Below, in pieces: positions 13,851-27,594 of a DNA stretch of 64,000 nucleotides. Positions within the stretch are counted from its first letter, which is position 1. Each line of letters starts with the position of its first letter. The position numbers and the translations under genes were made by a program. Location of the stretch: assembly GCF_037042905.1 (NCBI RefSeq), contig NC_087245.1, forward strand, positions 28,026,001 through 28,090,000, written 5' to 3'. The stretch comes from Lytechinus pictus. Taxonomy: Eukaryota. The notes below the pieces were generated by a model. That model saw only the letters and a program-made list of their open reading frames with translations, was not told the origin of the DNA and did not search any database.

Positions 13851-14307
13851 GTGAGCAAACATTACAAATATTTCATTAGCATTAAAGGCGCTTTTTATGT
13901 TTCTTAATGAAAGTCTAGACCACTTTTATTTAGACTGTAATCTGGAATCCCTTTCAATGCCATTTACCTTCTTACACTGTACCTCTCTTTCCTATATAAA
14001 ATAAAGATTGGGATCGGGCAAAGTGATATGCTGGATATGGCAACAGCATGACTTTTGTTTAGGTTTCAAAGATTTGTAAAATCTGTAAAATCTTTTTGAA
14101 TCAAATACATGTACCTTGGAAATAGTCACCTTGAACTCAGATGAAAAATGTCTCTTTGTGCTATTTTAGGGACTATACAGAGACACAATTTTCTTTTTTT
14201 CTTGTTTGTGGTATGATATCATGAAATTTGAGATTGTACTCATTCTCCATTTTGTATTTACACAAAATATGTATACATACACTTGCATGTATTTGTTGTT
14301 TTTATAG

Positions 14308-16322
14308 GGAGTGGTGAAATAGACGTGAGTGGAGGATCTGGGACTGGTGGTGGGGGAGGTGGCTCTGGGGGTCGAATTGCCGTCTACACCAACAGCACTA
14401 ATCAGTTCTATGGTTTCTACAATGCTCTTGGCGGAAGTGCTTCAAATGACCTACTGCAACCAAGGGGTGGTGGGAGTGGCACTGTGTATCTTTGGCAACC
14501 ACAGAATAGTTCTCCTTTCCAAAGTCTTCTCATTGACAACCAAAACAGACCACATTCTCAATTCGTGATGCTAGATGAAGGCAGAACGTATTATGAGTTT
14601 GATGAAATCCACCTTCCGAGGCAGTCCTCTCTTCACATCAATGAGTCGGTATCTGCAGAATTTGTGATTCACAAAGTTGTGGGAGATCGAACCGGCCTCC
14701 TCCAGTCTCATGCAGGACATATGTTTTTTGTGGAGGTTGTAGAGTCTATACCAACTATTGGGAAGACACCCGTCAACTTCATCATTGACAGCCAATCAGA
14801 AATGGTATTTGCTCCTACCCTCCATGTCCTGGGCCTTGGTGTACCCACAAGTAGTGGACGTTTAGCATCCTTAGACATGAAGGGGAGATTAACAAATGTG
14901 ATGGACCTAATTGCTAACCAGCACTCTCATATACAATATGGACAAGATGCACACACTGCAAAGCTGGAAAATGGAGAATATGTAGAGATCACTGAGCCTC
15001 TAAACTTTACCTTTGGTGCTATTCAGCTTCTGACCGATTCATCAATGTACTTTACAGCAGACTTAGGCATGCGATTCCTTGTGGCCGATCTCCATGCAAG
15101 ATATAATTCCTTCATATCTGCCGAACATATTGAGCTTGTTGCCTCCTCTGTCAACATTGAAAAGGGGGCCATCTTAACTTGTAGTGCAGGAGACAGGCCT
15201 GAAGATCTGATGTCTTCTAGTTTGGGTCAAGGTGCTCCTGCATCCTCTAATGGTGCTGGTGGCGCTGGACATGCAAATCTTGGCGGGAATGCTTGCACAG
15301 AATCTTCAGAAACTCTAGAGAGTGGAGGTGCATTCTATGGAAGTATTTACCAGGGGGAAGAGCGTGGTAGCGATGGCGGTGATGGAACAAATAGTGAGGC
15401 TGGTGGAAAAGGTGGTGGATACATGAAGATTGTGGTTGGAGATACATTTAGGCTTGATGGTGAGTTGAGAGTTGATGGCTCTAGTGGTGCCTCTGGGAGC
15501 GGAGGTGGGAGTGGAGGGTCTGTACATCTCTCTGTGACAGAGTTTGATGGTCTAGGAAGGATAACAGCTCATGGTGGGAGCGGTAGTCAATCATCTGGTG
15601 GAGGTTCTGGTGGTATCATCACTGTGTACACCACATCTGTTAACAACTATCAAGGCCTGTATGAGGCACATGGCGGTGAAGGCAACCCATCTGATGAATC
15701 GCAGAGATGCCATGGTAGTCCTGGATCTGTATTCATTCACCATCTCTTTGAAGGTTACCCACGTACAACTCTTCTCATAGATAATCAACAAAGGTCTTGG
15801 GTACATTACTTCACACTCAGAGAAGACAATATGAGGCATTACTACTTTGACGAAATTCATCTAAATAACAAAGCATCACTGCAACTTTTGGATAACGGAA
15901 TTCCGCAGACGCTGTCCGCAACCGAGCTTCTTGGCGACCAAACTGGTTTAATACATATACATGGTAACCACACCCACACATATGATGTCATTGAGGGAGA
16001 GATAACAAGCATGAAGCTTCCGGTGAATCTTAGGATTGACCCTGAAGGTGTAGCAGAGCTGGCCACCACAGTGGACGTTGTTGGCATGGGTAGTCCAGCC
16101 TTTGAATGGAACGGACAACTTCTTGGTGTAAGGCACCTGAGGATATCACCAGGCAGGGAAGTACTCATAGCTGCCAATGCTCACACTGCTCTAAAGGTAG
16201 ATGGCCAGTACATTCAATTGGACAATCCTGGTACGTTCCACTTCTCAAGTCTGGAGTTTGGATCACAGACGTCCATCAGTTTTCCACCGCCACTTGGAGT
16301 TACCTTTACTGTTGGATTTTTG
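14308..16322 (+). CDS. Exon 8
   Basis: ttatag|(G)SGEIDVSGG...FTVGFL|gtaagt (phase 0). Confidence 0.9.
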
Positions 16323-16373
16323 GTAAGTGTATTCTCTCTCCAGCTTATGTTGTTGTTTTTTATTTTGATTATA

Positions 16374-16660
16374 CAGTGCGTCCCACAATAAACGAAACTG
16401 AGATTTATCAATGATTTTTCATAACTTAATCACAAATACAATAGACAAATGACCTACCATTGTAAAGCTTAGAATCTCCTCTTTCATCTGAAATTACTTA
16501 GATTATTTTCTTGTACGCATGAGTGAGCAAAACCAATTTGAAGAGGGGATACCAAAAAGTCATTTGGCGGGCTATATCTGGGTTTCAAAAAGAAAACCAC
16601 ATTCTCAAAAAGTTCAATATCTGCTCTTTGATTTGATACCTCAATTGCAGAAAATGGTCC
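16374..16660. mobile_element. Fragment of a non-autonomous Tc1/mariner-like element (one terminus only)
   Basis: Begins TA|CAGTGCGTCCCACAATAAACGAAAC, a TA plus CAGTG terminus; no partner end found; right boundary approximate. Confidence 0.4.
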
Positions 16661-17071
16661 TAGTAGGGCCTACACTAAGATACTAATTTTACTCTTTCAG
16701 TAATTATATTCTTACATGATATCAGTACAGGTGAATCTACTTTAGTCTTATCTTTTTGAGACCAAAGAAATTTGTTTTTACTGAAGCAATAAGGGCTGGG
16801 ACTAAAACCCGGGTCCCGCCGGAAGCCTCGGGTACCCGGGTAGAAAAATCAATAACCGATACCCGAAAATTGCTTGCCAGTATAACGTACAGTATATGTA
16901 TTTGATTTGTATTGCGTAGTGTAAGACATGATTGTAACTCAGCACAAAAGTACGCAAGTCTCATTTTTGAATCTCACCAATTACCCTCGAAATATACAAG
17001 TTTTTCAAGTGATGATGTGACTGAGATCGTTCGATCGTCGCCATGTTTCTTTTGCAGCTTGAGCATACGAA

Positions 17072-17328
17072 GCGCCAGCCAACCACGTTCGTGTTACCAT
17101 TTTCAGTTCATCATAAACCGAAAATAAGGTTTATTGCTAATCAGAATTGCAATGCATCGTGGAATCGAAAAGTGGGCCGTTAGCTAGCATTGCTCGTGCG
17201 CAGCACAGAAATTTCAGTGGTGCGCAGAGCTGGCTAACGGTCCCCTTTTCGATCCCATGATACATTACGGTTCTGAACTTCTGATTAGCGATATACATTA
17301 TGGTCACACGATCGTGATTGGCTGGCGC
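17072..17328. repeat. ~260-bp imperfect palindrome (MITE-like) nested in the hAT-like element
   Basis: gcgccagccaaccacgttcgtgt pairs with acacgatcgtgattggctggcgc; inner arms atcgaaaag..ccgttagc and gctaacgg..cttttcgat. Confidence 0.7.
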
Positions 17329-18149
17329 ATTCGGCGCTCCGAAACTACCTGGAAATCAACTGACTTTGTGCATGTAGCGATAGATTCTACAAACTAAGGG
17401 AGCTTGTCAAAAGTCCATGCACCGTTCTATACCGTCTTTACTGCATCCGGGTTTTCGCTTCGGCTTTCCTGCCCAACGTTCCCTTCTCTTCAAAGGAACG
17501 GCCGCCATCAAAGGCCCATTGATGCCACCGTTCTTTTGTTCGTCTTTCCTGCAAGTCTTAATTTCTGTCGAAATACCGAAGAATCTATTCTAAATAGCTC
17601 CCTCTACGACCAAAACAAATGCGTGCCTTCATATTGACTGTCGGATCGGAGAGTTCGGGTCACTGTTCGCATCTATCATGTCTTTGGTTCGCATCTATCA
17701 TGTCTGTAATGGAAGTTCGGGTGCATTCATAAAGCCACGGTAGCTTAATAAAAAATCACGCACGCTTCATAAATCGTTACGGATCTTTCGAATTTGCTGC
17801 ACTAACCATGAAAACCTCTTTTTGTGCAATTGGAAGAGAGTCAATTCATGATGTTTTAGGTTGGAAAATAAGATTCCGCACATTTTCGTTTCGTAGGCCC
17901 AAGCCATTCGTAGAATTCACGTCAATTTGTAATGTTCATTATAACTCGCATCTGAAACAAATGTCGGGAGCGCCCCCCCCCCCCAAAAAAAAAAAGACAG
18001 AAGGAAATAGAATGATAAAATAAATATGACCGGAACAAGCTTGACACTATTACGCATAGATATATCAAAGATTTATTAGAAATTGTTTTTAATAGTTTGT
18101 TCAATTTTTGGACGGGCAACCATTTCCCCGGGATAATTTCTTTATCTCC

Positions 18150-19070
18150 TTGTTTTAAAGAAGCGGGACCAAAAGGGAAGGTGAAAAGAGGAAGAAGAAA
18201 GCTAACAAGTCATAGGGAAAGAAAAGGAAGGGGAAACAGAGAGAAATAGGAAAATAATATTGGGATGGAAGAAGAGGAAGGGTGAACAAAAATAGGGAGG
18301 AAAACAGTTGAAAGAGAAAAAAAAAGGAAATTTGAGAGGGGAAGAAATTTACGATCGAGAATCAACGGGAGAGGGGGGACAAAATAATATGGAAATGGAT
18401 AGAGACAGAAAATAAGGGGAAAGAAGTAAAGAGAGCTGGTGGACGATGGGGGAGAAATAAAGGCGGGAAGGGAAAGAGTGAAAGGGGAACAGAGGGGAAT
18501 TAGACATGGAGTGGCCATGCTGAAACGGTTCTTTATTCTTTGTTCATTCAGGTAACAAGAAGAAAATGAAGAAAAATGAAGCCTAATTAAAAGCTCGGAG
18601 TTAAATTGGTCGCAACTTTAATCTGATTGCAAACCCATTCTAGCAATATTCCATGAAAAGATATACAAAGCAAAATAAGTGAATAAAAAAGGAAAATGAG
18701 TAAAAGAAATTGAGAGAAGAAAAAAAAAAAAACTACTAAGATTTAAGAAAAACATGAGAAAGAGAAAGGGAAAACCGTGTACCGAAGAAATATAGTTATC
18801 GAATTGCTAATGCAGGAACCTAAAGCACTTATACCACATCAGTAATTATCAGGATAGGAAAGATAACAAAAGCAACATGATTATAGGGGTTGAAGCGGGC
18901 TCCTATTTGCGGCGACGGAAAAAATGGATTAAAGATTCAAAGATAAAAGGAAGAAGAATTAATGCAAGGAAACATGACAAGGGGAAGGGATAAAGAAATG
19001 AGGGGGTAAAAAGATTAATAAGAAATACAAGTGACAAAAATGGAGAGGGAGAATTGCAAATAGGAAACCC
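18150..19070. repeat. GA-rich low-complexity tract
   Basis: Purine-rich + strand with aag/gga runs; produces only spurious F/L/P/S ORFs on the - strand. Confidence 0.8.
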
Positions 19071-22000
19071 TACACACCTGCAGATCGCTTCCCTAGCTCT
19101 GTCATTGCCCATTAGATCTTGGACCTATGATATATTTACCCGTTCCGCCCGATTGGAATGACTGGGGGAACGTCGATTTCATTTCACACGAAACAGAAGA
19201 CCATGCCGTTGCCACCAGTAGGCGGGGCTTTACAGATAGCGTTTCGCCAATTGAAAAGGTGTTCTCCACATGAGCGATTCCATGTCCCTCGACGTCAATG
19301 TGCGATTGTGTTAAAAACGACTGTCATCGATTAATATTCATCTTTTCTTGTTGTTTGAACAAATGCGTGTTCATCCCGATTTCTGCCTCTGCATCGAAAT
19401 CAATATTCATGAGAGAGCAGAGTTGTGTTTTCGCAGAGGCCGTGATCAGGTGGGGGAGGGGGGGGGGCGAAATTATTTTTTCAAAAATTCATGACTTGCG
19501 TCTTCGCATGCGCGTGGACTGGACATTTACAAAATTTATTGTGGTCGTCTATTTCAAAAATTGCATGCCATGAATGAATCAGCATCCTCAAATTTTCTGG
19601 GGATTCAGGGGGAGCCGCCCCATGCCCTTCCCCATTAGGAGAGGCACAGTTAAAATTTGTAATGTAAAAATGCAGCCAAAACAAAAGTGTGCCCCCCCCC
19701 CCCCCTTGACAGCGAAACCTCTTTTCCCCTGTCATGGATCCGCCCCTGACCTCTAGACATTATGCTGTATAGACCCAATTCTTGGTTGGATTTACATTTA
19801 CATAGGGCCCGCCCCCCCCCCCTATAGGTGGAGCAAAAAAAAGGGAAACAAAGAGGGAAAGAAAGAAAAAGAATTGAAGTCTGTCCCGATAGATGCTTTC
19901 CAATACAAAATACGCAGACATTTTGATCGGTCGCCAAATCGCTGGAAAAAACAAAAAGAATGTGTGAAAAGGGCTATAAAAATTCCAACAAAACACATTT
20001 GATTTCATACCTATCACATCATAATCATTTTAGGGCCATGCTCATATAATATAGTAATCAGGAATGGAATGGTTACATGAACTTTTCTGACCGGGATTTA
20101 CCAATATGATTATAAACTTAAAAGCTTTAAATCATAAAGAATTAATATAAGCGGACAAACTGCAGTTCAAAAAATAAGAATGAATTAAATAGGAGGCCTA
20201 CATGAAGCAAAAATTGTGTGTGAATTTTATTTCATCAAAAAAGTATGTTTCTTGGTATTATTCATTGAATGTGTGACTTTCGTAACTTTCAGTATTTTCA
20301 TTTATTATAATTATCAAGGCTACCGCTACCACATTCACTACCACCACCACCATCATCATCAGTGTTAATTATCATCACTATCATCAGCAGGATCATTATA
20401 GCCAATCATGTCAACAGAACCATCTATGTCATTATCGTAGTTATTGAAATTTGGATAATTTTGGTAAGGAAATAATAAAAATGAGAGAAAGGTTGTAGCA
20501 GGAGGGGGGGGGGGTGAGTTTGTTCTAAAGTAAAATCAATGTGAGTAGAATTAAATTAATGTTTTTATCTATATTGCAGTGATGGTAAACATCATTTCAA
20601 TACTAGGATGCCATGATGTTCAATAAAAAAGCTTAAAAATTCAGTACTTCACGGGTGAAGATGGGGCCGTAAGATGGGGCCGTAAGCTGCAGGGAGATAT
20701 GTAAAATAATATTAACATTAGATCATTACTCTAAAATAGATGGAATATAATTTTTTATTATTAATATTAGTTAGTACACTTACTGGCCTAAAAGCAAAAG
20801 CAAATAGGGCCATGATATAGTCTTCTCCATCAAGAGAATTGGACATGATTGTCCTTTAAGGGTTGCTTGGCATTGATACTCATCGAACTGTTCTTAGTCA
20901 TTGCCCAGGCCTATGATCATGAAAAAGCAAGATCACTCACCCGTATAGTAGAGAATCATTGACAATAGCATGCTCAGCGGGTTCGCCACAGAAAACAATG
21001 GGAGACACGCTCAAGACTTTAATTCCCCATATCTGCTGTCGTGATTATTGTCGTAATTTCAATAGATGAACCTACTTCAAAAGACTGTTGGCCCGTCCGA
21101 TGGGAATCTTTTGTGATAATAGAGTGTAATAAAGTACGTGTATGCAGTAACTACCGTCCCGACTTCTTTTGTGCTATTTAAAAGATTCTTTCAACATCAT
21201 CGAGTAGCGATTAGCGTGTAAAGTCGCATAAATTATCTCACATAACGGATCTAATGTTCATGATTACCAGCATCACCATGATCTTTCATTTATTTTTAAA
21301 ATATAAAATTGATACTGGAGAACGATTGGAAATAGAGAATGAATGAATGATGATGGTGATGATGATGATAACAGTGATGATGATAGTGATAATCATAACT
21401 TTTAAGTTATATTAACGGACATGATATTACGAATAATAATATAACGTATAATGTTGATGATTAAATATTAACAAATGAAGATGATTGGTATATTTTGCGG
21501 CAATTAACCATGTACTTGAGACTCCCCTTTGACTCCCCCTTGGAGGAAACCAATAAAAATAAGCTTTGCGCGGTAGTTTTTTTTTTTTTTTTTTTTGGGG
21601 GGGGCATTTTGTGTCCTCTCTCTGTATTGACGAAAGCTGGATCCGCCCTGATAAAAATGATTCCTTTTAAAGCTCGCAATTCACGCTTGCCTTCTGTTCT
21701 ATGAAACTTGATATAGATGCATATGAACAAATCATATTTGGTTTACATATTATAAAGCGCCTTCTCATATTCCAATTTTACCTTAAACGTAAGTATTTTA
21801 TTTTCAAACGAAATCTATGAAAATGGTGCAGTTAGGCTTTCATTTTGATGCCAAATAGTCTCATAATTGGGATTAGTTGCAAACACGGTTTTTTTTAATA
21901 GAAGGTACAAGTATGAAGACAGTCACCCGCGCTGACAAAGTGATAATCTCCATTGAAATACCCCCACGAATCAAGAGGTCATCTTTCTATTGAAATCCGC

Positions 22001-22317
22001 CACCAGTCAGACCACCTCTATGTTCAAGAATATAGGGTAATCTCCCCAATCAAGAATGGGGTAATTTAAATCTACCTTGACAATGGAGCAAGCCGTTAAA
22101 TACAGCTTGCAATGCGCTGACCCGTGCCATTTTCAATGTCCGGCTTTCGGGGAATTAAAATGAGCATTAAATGGGTAGTTTTCTTGTTCTCGTTTTGTCC
22201 CCATACTAGAACCTTGATTTTGTTTCTTTTCGTAATGTGCATTTTGATATGGTTTCCATTATATTTCTCAACATTTCGACATTTAATGTAGTTTAATACT
22301 TGCCTTTATAAAGAGCA

Positions 22318-22594
22318 ATATAATAATAATAATAGCTGGATTTATAAAGCGCTTTTTGCCAGAGGATACAAAGCGCTGCTACTATTACCCCGGCTTTAGC
22401 TCGAGCTACCATCATCGGCGCTCAGTGCATGCAAGGAATTACTCCTGCCGGGTACCCATTCACCTCACCTGGGTCGAGTGCAGCACAGTGTGGATAAATT
22501 TCTTGCTGAAGGAAAATACGCCATGGCTACGATTCGAACACACAACCCTCTGTTTCAAAGGCGAGAGTCAGAACCACTAGACCACGACGCACCC
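22318..22594 (-). mobile_element. tRNA-derived SINE, near full length
   Basis: The - strand reads GGGTGCGTCGTGGTCTAGTGG (A box) ... GTTCGAATC (B box), then a body, then a (TTA)n tail. The body matches the copy at 55454-55590. Confidence 0.8.
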
Positions 22595-23170
22595 ACAATA
22601 TTACACAAAACCTGTTTGGCGAAGCAGATTATAACATAACGTTCGACTGATATTTTATCAACACATGTTTAATTAACCATTTAACTTCCCTCTTTATAGG
22701 TCTACTCTTAATGTGAACATTCGAGTTATATTCTTTGCCTACCATCTCTCTGTGCATTTTAATAACCAAATATATTTGGAAAAGGGGTGTTTACTAGGCT
22801 AACGTGAAGGTCCTCACTTGTGTATGAACGACATATTCTCATTAAAATACATGCTGTGAGTTTCAAAGGGGGCACATTTGTTTAAAAATGGCATATTTAC
22901 ATTAACAAAATTGATAATGGCTCTCAAGGGGGTGGGGCGCACGGGCCGGATGCCCCCCCCCCCCCCCCCGGATTCACTACATAACTGTACCCTCAAGGTG
23001 CAGAATATAGACCCACTGACTTCTTTCAGTAGATGTCACAATATAGACCACAATACTTTTGATAGCCCAACTATTGTTCAAAATAAATACGGCGCCTATT
23101 GGATTGTATTGTGTTACTCCGGCAGGATCCGCACCAGCATGCACTCCATCCTTGTTGATATAGTATGCCA

Positions 23171-23323
23171 AATACCTCGGTCACGTTTATTCTAAGGCGA
23201 GTCGAAAACAGTCGTTTTAACAGTTTTTGTACCAGCTAAATATAGGAGGTTTGAATAAAATGAATAAAACGGCTGTTTTCGACTTGCCGTATGGCCGCCG
23301 TAGAGCAAATGTGACCTAGGTAT
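23171..23323. mobile_element. ~150-bp MITE
   Basis: aatacctcggtcac pairs with gtgacctaggtatt; inner arms gtcgaaaacag and ctgttttcgac. Confidence 0.65.
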
Positions 23324-25830
23324 TACCATTTCCAGTAAGTTTATTGATTTCTTGTGCATATTTAAATATGCAAGCTATACAGAATGCAGATACGATTAAG
23401 AGGTGAAGTACAAAGTTGGAAGGGAAACTAGGCCAACGAGGCTTTCGTATTACTAACTTTACGTCGGTAAAATATGTTTACCTTAGACACTGGGAATCTA
23501 ATTTGCAATATTTTGACACACACACATTGCAGATTAATTCAGATATTTGATAGGAAGAAGAAATCAACGGCAATATACACGTATTGAACAAGTCAAACGT
23601 GAATGTTAAAAACAGAATAGGCTTATTAGAAAGGATCTTAAAAATGGAAAGATGTAGAACTGGAAAAATGAAAGAAATAATTAAGCCCCCCCGAGCGGAC
23701 AGGTTTGAAGGGGGGGGGGATCACCATGCATAAAATCATGGTACTTGTGAAGGCCTGAGCCCCAGACCCACTTCGGTTCTGTGGCTCCTGGATGGTAATC
23801 AAGAACACTAGGTCACATAGTACTCTACATCACAGGGGAAATTTATGTAAGAGAATAAAGACGGATCCAAGGTAAAAAGATAATATAGGTTTTCCTGTCC
23901 AATATCATGTCGGAGTCACTTAAATGTGTTAATTTGCATTTTAATTCGCGCAATATTTTTCATCGGTCATTCAAAGTTTAGAATAAGATTCCTTAGAAGA
24001 CGCTATAATTTCTTTATAAACACTAAACTCAATTCATGGTCAAGACTACCTCAACTTTGATACTTTCAATATTTGATTTTTAAGTGCTTTTGATTTCGTT
24101 CGAAGGTAAAGATGTTTGTAACGGTCTTACAAAGTAACGAAAGTTCTTTTTGTTCTGAATTTCGGGCAATGAAACTCAAGAATAATGCATTTAAGCTAGA
24201 ATTACCGATATGACTGCTTGAACATCCAATTTAATTTTTAAAGTTCAAATTAACGATATTTTATTCGTTTGTTTTGCACGGCATCTGTATTATGTGTGAA
24301 TATATAAGTTTCTAACATGTCAATGTTTAAACATGTGGATAATAATTGATTTGCACTTTGGCTAAATTAGATATAGGCCTATAATTAGCTCAAATTTGAA
24401 TTTAAATGATGCCTTTAGTTTTCATCCTTTTTTTTCCACAAAAAACACTTGCATTTTATGTATTTTTTTTGCCACAGTAGCGTTTCAATGTATAAATTTA
24501 AATGCCCTCATTTTTGGACCCAGGTATGATTTATATTGCGATTTTTGCGAGGGGTTTTGCATTTTGTTTACAAAGATGTTAAGGAAAATTCCATATTTTT
24601 CCTTTTCACCCGACAATGCTGACTGTGTGGGCTCAGTGTGATGAAAAAATCTTACCCGCGCCTGAATACTTACTTTTAGAAAGTCAATATCTTAACGGTA
24701 TATTCTTCAAAATAAAACAACATGCTAGTGCTAAAGGGCTAAAGCTTTATTGTTCTATTAAAGAAATGAAATCTAAATCTAACTGAACTTTGTCATATGC
24801 TGAAACCCGAAACGAAAAATTATCAAAAGAAATTGTGAAAGCGTAACTTTGGAAAATATATACCCCACTGGACTAGGCACACCGATACAAGGACACAACG
24901 ATATTCAGATCAGTGACTAGAGATCGGGTGTTCAATAGTTTGCCTAAAACGCCGATATCGTGGACATAGAGGGCGCTCATGCAAAAACATCTTATCGGAG
25001 AGCCAACCGGGGGGCGTCAAAAGAAAAGATAAAAGCGCACGCTTCCGTTTTCGCTGCAAAAGTGCACGCTGGCGTCTTGAATGGCAAGAGCACTGACCCG
25101 TAGGTAAGAAAATGGACAATGTCACGCTCAGCGGTTTCGCCGTGGAATATAAAGGAAAAAACGCACACACACTTTTGACAACACGCCTAACGAACACGAT
25201 GTAATATCGAGGCTACTTCGTAAGATTTTGACGGAAAAGCAAGAAGTAATCAAAATTTGCTTACCTGTGTGGTATCGGTGAGAAAACAGATCCTCCGAGA
25301 ATACCTTTCATAATTAATATGAAATATTTTAAGTGGAATTCTAGGTTGATTTTGGTACGAGGTGACAGAGTATTGCAGACTTGTTTTGATGGATACTGCG
25401 TGGGGCACGGGAGGCTTGCACTGTGCATGCTTACTATATTTTCATTCATAAGTTTGCTTGCGGCACAGGGGCTGAATGACGTCACCTACGGGGTTTTTCC
25501 ACCAGTCATATTTCATGCGACATGAATTTCTGGTACCCGCCCGAACATTACCACGGGTACCCGAAGACAAAAATATTCATAAGTCCCAGGCCTAGAAGCA
25601 ATATTAGACTTCAAACAAATAACACATATATGCATATTCTGGTCTGAAAAATGCTTTGACCTAGGTATTTTTTTAGCATATAGAAGGGCAACCTAATCTA
25701 TATGCAAATGCATTCTAAAGTTATTAATCATACATGTAGTTTTCTTCTCTCTCTCTTTCAATGCACCTTTTGCACTCTGATTTTACGCATTATGAATATC
25801 ATATTATATTATTATTATTATGAAATGCAG

Positions 25831-26011
25831 GATATAAAATGGGCCTCAGTCTTCAGTGCTGAGTATTTCAACATCACATCTTCAGACTTCAACCTTGAGA
25901 TTGAAGCCACCTTAGATTGCTCTGGACGAGGCCTGGAGAATGGCAGTCCAGGAAGAGGTCTGATGCCAGGTTCAGGGGCAGGCCATGCAACAACAGGAGG
26001 CTCTTGTACAT
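25831..26011 (+). CDS. Exon 9
   Basis: atgcag|DIKWASVFSAEY continues FL| of exon 8 (compare SLDVKFGATISADY in exon 6). Donor T|gtaggt; a weaker in-phase alternative lies 6 nt upstream. Confidence 0.82.
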
Positions 26012-26403
26012 GTAGGTTTATTAAGGATAAAATCTCTTGGGGTGACAATCGCAAACTAAATTCAAACAGAATCAAATTTACCACCCAAATGTTTTCTAAG
26101 TGTAGGTGAAAAATTGAAACAAGGACATGTCAATTATGTCTTGAAGAAAAATAAGTAAATGCTCAGAAATTTCAAAAAATAAGAATATTTCTATCAATAC
26201 ATGGGCTTTTTTCAATGGATGTGTCCACATGAACTAATCTATAATGGTTGCTCATATGGTTTTCATCTTTTTTCATTATTTATTGACATTTGGCTTGTAT
26301 CTCTCGTTCAGAATGTACCATATTTAGATCTATGATAATGTACAATTCACATTTCTATTGAGGGCCTATACTTGTACATTTTCATTTTCCGGGCTTGCTA
26401 TAG

Positions 26404-26631
26404 CTACTGACTGTGAAGGTGGCTCTGTGTATGGATCTCTTTATGAACCTGTTGATGCTGGATCCAGAGGTGGAGCTGACAATTCAGGAAACCCTGGTCC
26501 ACGTGGAGGAGGGCACATCCGTATCCGGGTGGGATATATCTTCCAGTTGGATGGCATCTTAGATGCAGATGGACTTTCTGGATCTAATCGTGCAGGGGGA
26601 GCCAGTGGTGGAGCCATATGGATTACAACAG
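26404..26631 (+). CDS. Exon 10
   Basis: ctatag|..TDCEGGSVYGSLYEP...GGAIWITT G|gtgaat. Confidence 0.85.
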
Positions 26632-27049
26632 GTGAATACGTGAATAGAAAATCCCTTTTAGGTCCCATCTTATCCTGTACCCCAAGAAGAATAGTGTTCT
26701 TTTTACCAAAGGATTTGGCCGAGACAATTGAAGAAATGAATAATGCTTAGGTAATTCATTGAATCAAGGAATGAAGTAAACATAAACATTCCTTTGTCCT
26801 TATTCTGAAGTAACATTTATCCATTCCCTGTATTCAACAAAATTTACATGTGTCATTTCAAAGATGTTGTGTTCTCAACTGCCTAGTCCGAGTAGCTCAG
26901 ACAACGATGAGTGTTATAATTAATTGGAGGGGTTCTTATGGTAAAAAGTTATACTGATAACAAAACAGGATAAACTTCTGAAGTACTCAAATTGACAATA
27001 TTGAATCAAAAAATTTGTTGTTGATCGTCAAATCCATGGTCTATTGCAG

Positions 27050-27411
27050 ATCACTTGAGAGGCCATGGTCGTGCACGGGCTTTAGGAGGATTGGGAGACC
27101 ACTCCTCTGGTGGAGGGGCAGGAGGGCGCATCGCTGTTCACATTGGAGGCACCGACGAGTATAGGGGTGCATTGGTCGCCCTCGGTGCAGCTGGTGGTGG
27201 ACATGGAGGGGATCATGGAGGCACTGGCACAGTATACGTGGAGGAGTACAGGAATGGAACAGCCAGGACCAGGCTCTATTTGGATGGCCAAGGATTTTCT
27301 CCAGCCAAAGATTTCATCCTGACGGAGACCAACCCTAGAATCCTTTATGAGGGCCTTCCCATCCACAGTGGTGCTCCTTTCGCTTTTGATGAAGTCACTT
27401 TGCAGGGAGGG
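27050..27411 (+). CDS. Exon 11
   Basis: ttgcag|(D)HLRGHG...GGAGGRIAVH...FDEVTLQGG|gtaagg. Confidence 0.9.
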
Positions 27412-27594
27412 GTAAGGATATGTTGCTTGAAAGACGACAGTGTTTCATAGAGTGGAGTACATTGTTAAATCACCTTCACACTCTTAAACTTAGGCATTTC
27501 CACAGTGTGTACCACTATTTCACACAGCTTATGAACACACTGTGTGACACTGCGCTCTTTCAAACAGGGTATATGATCATGCTACCAGGCTAGG

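Larger units (their letters stand above)
16791..25594. mobile_element. 8.8-kb non-autonomous hAT-like DNA transposon making up most of the 9.5-kb intron
   Basis: Exact 8-bp TSD GAAGCAAT at 16783-16790 and 25595-25602. TIRs AAGGGCTGGGACT and AGTCCCAGGCCTA (11/13 match). Subterminal GGTACCCG/ACCCG motifs at both ends. No transposase ORF seen. Confidence 0.8.

Noticed and set aside
22520..22594. tRNA gene on the - strand
   Set aside because: A and B boxes are present, but the sequence continues into a repeated body and (TTA)n tail, which makes it a SINE head.
16791..25594. Transposase or nested host gene inside the big intron
   Set aside because: No ORF above about 105 aa and no BED-finger, DDE or hAT dimerisation motif recognised; only BLASTX could exclude decayed fragments.
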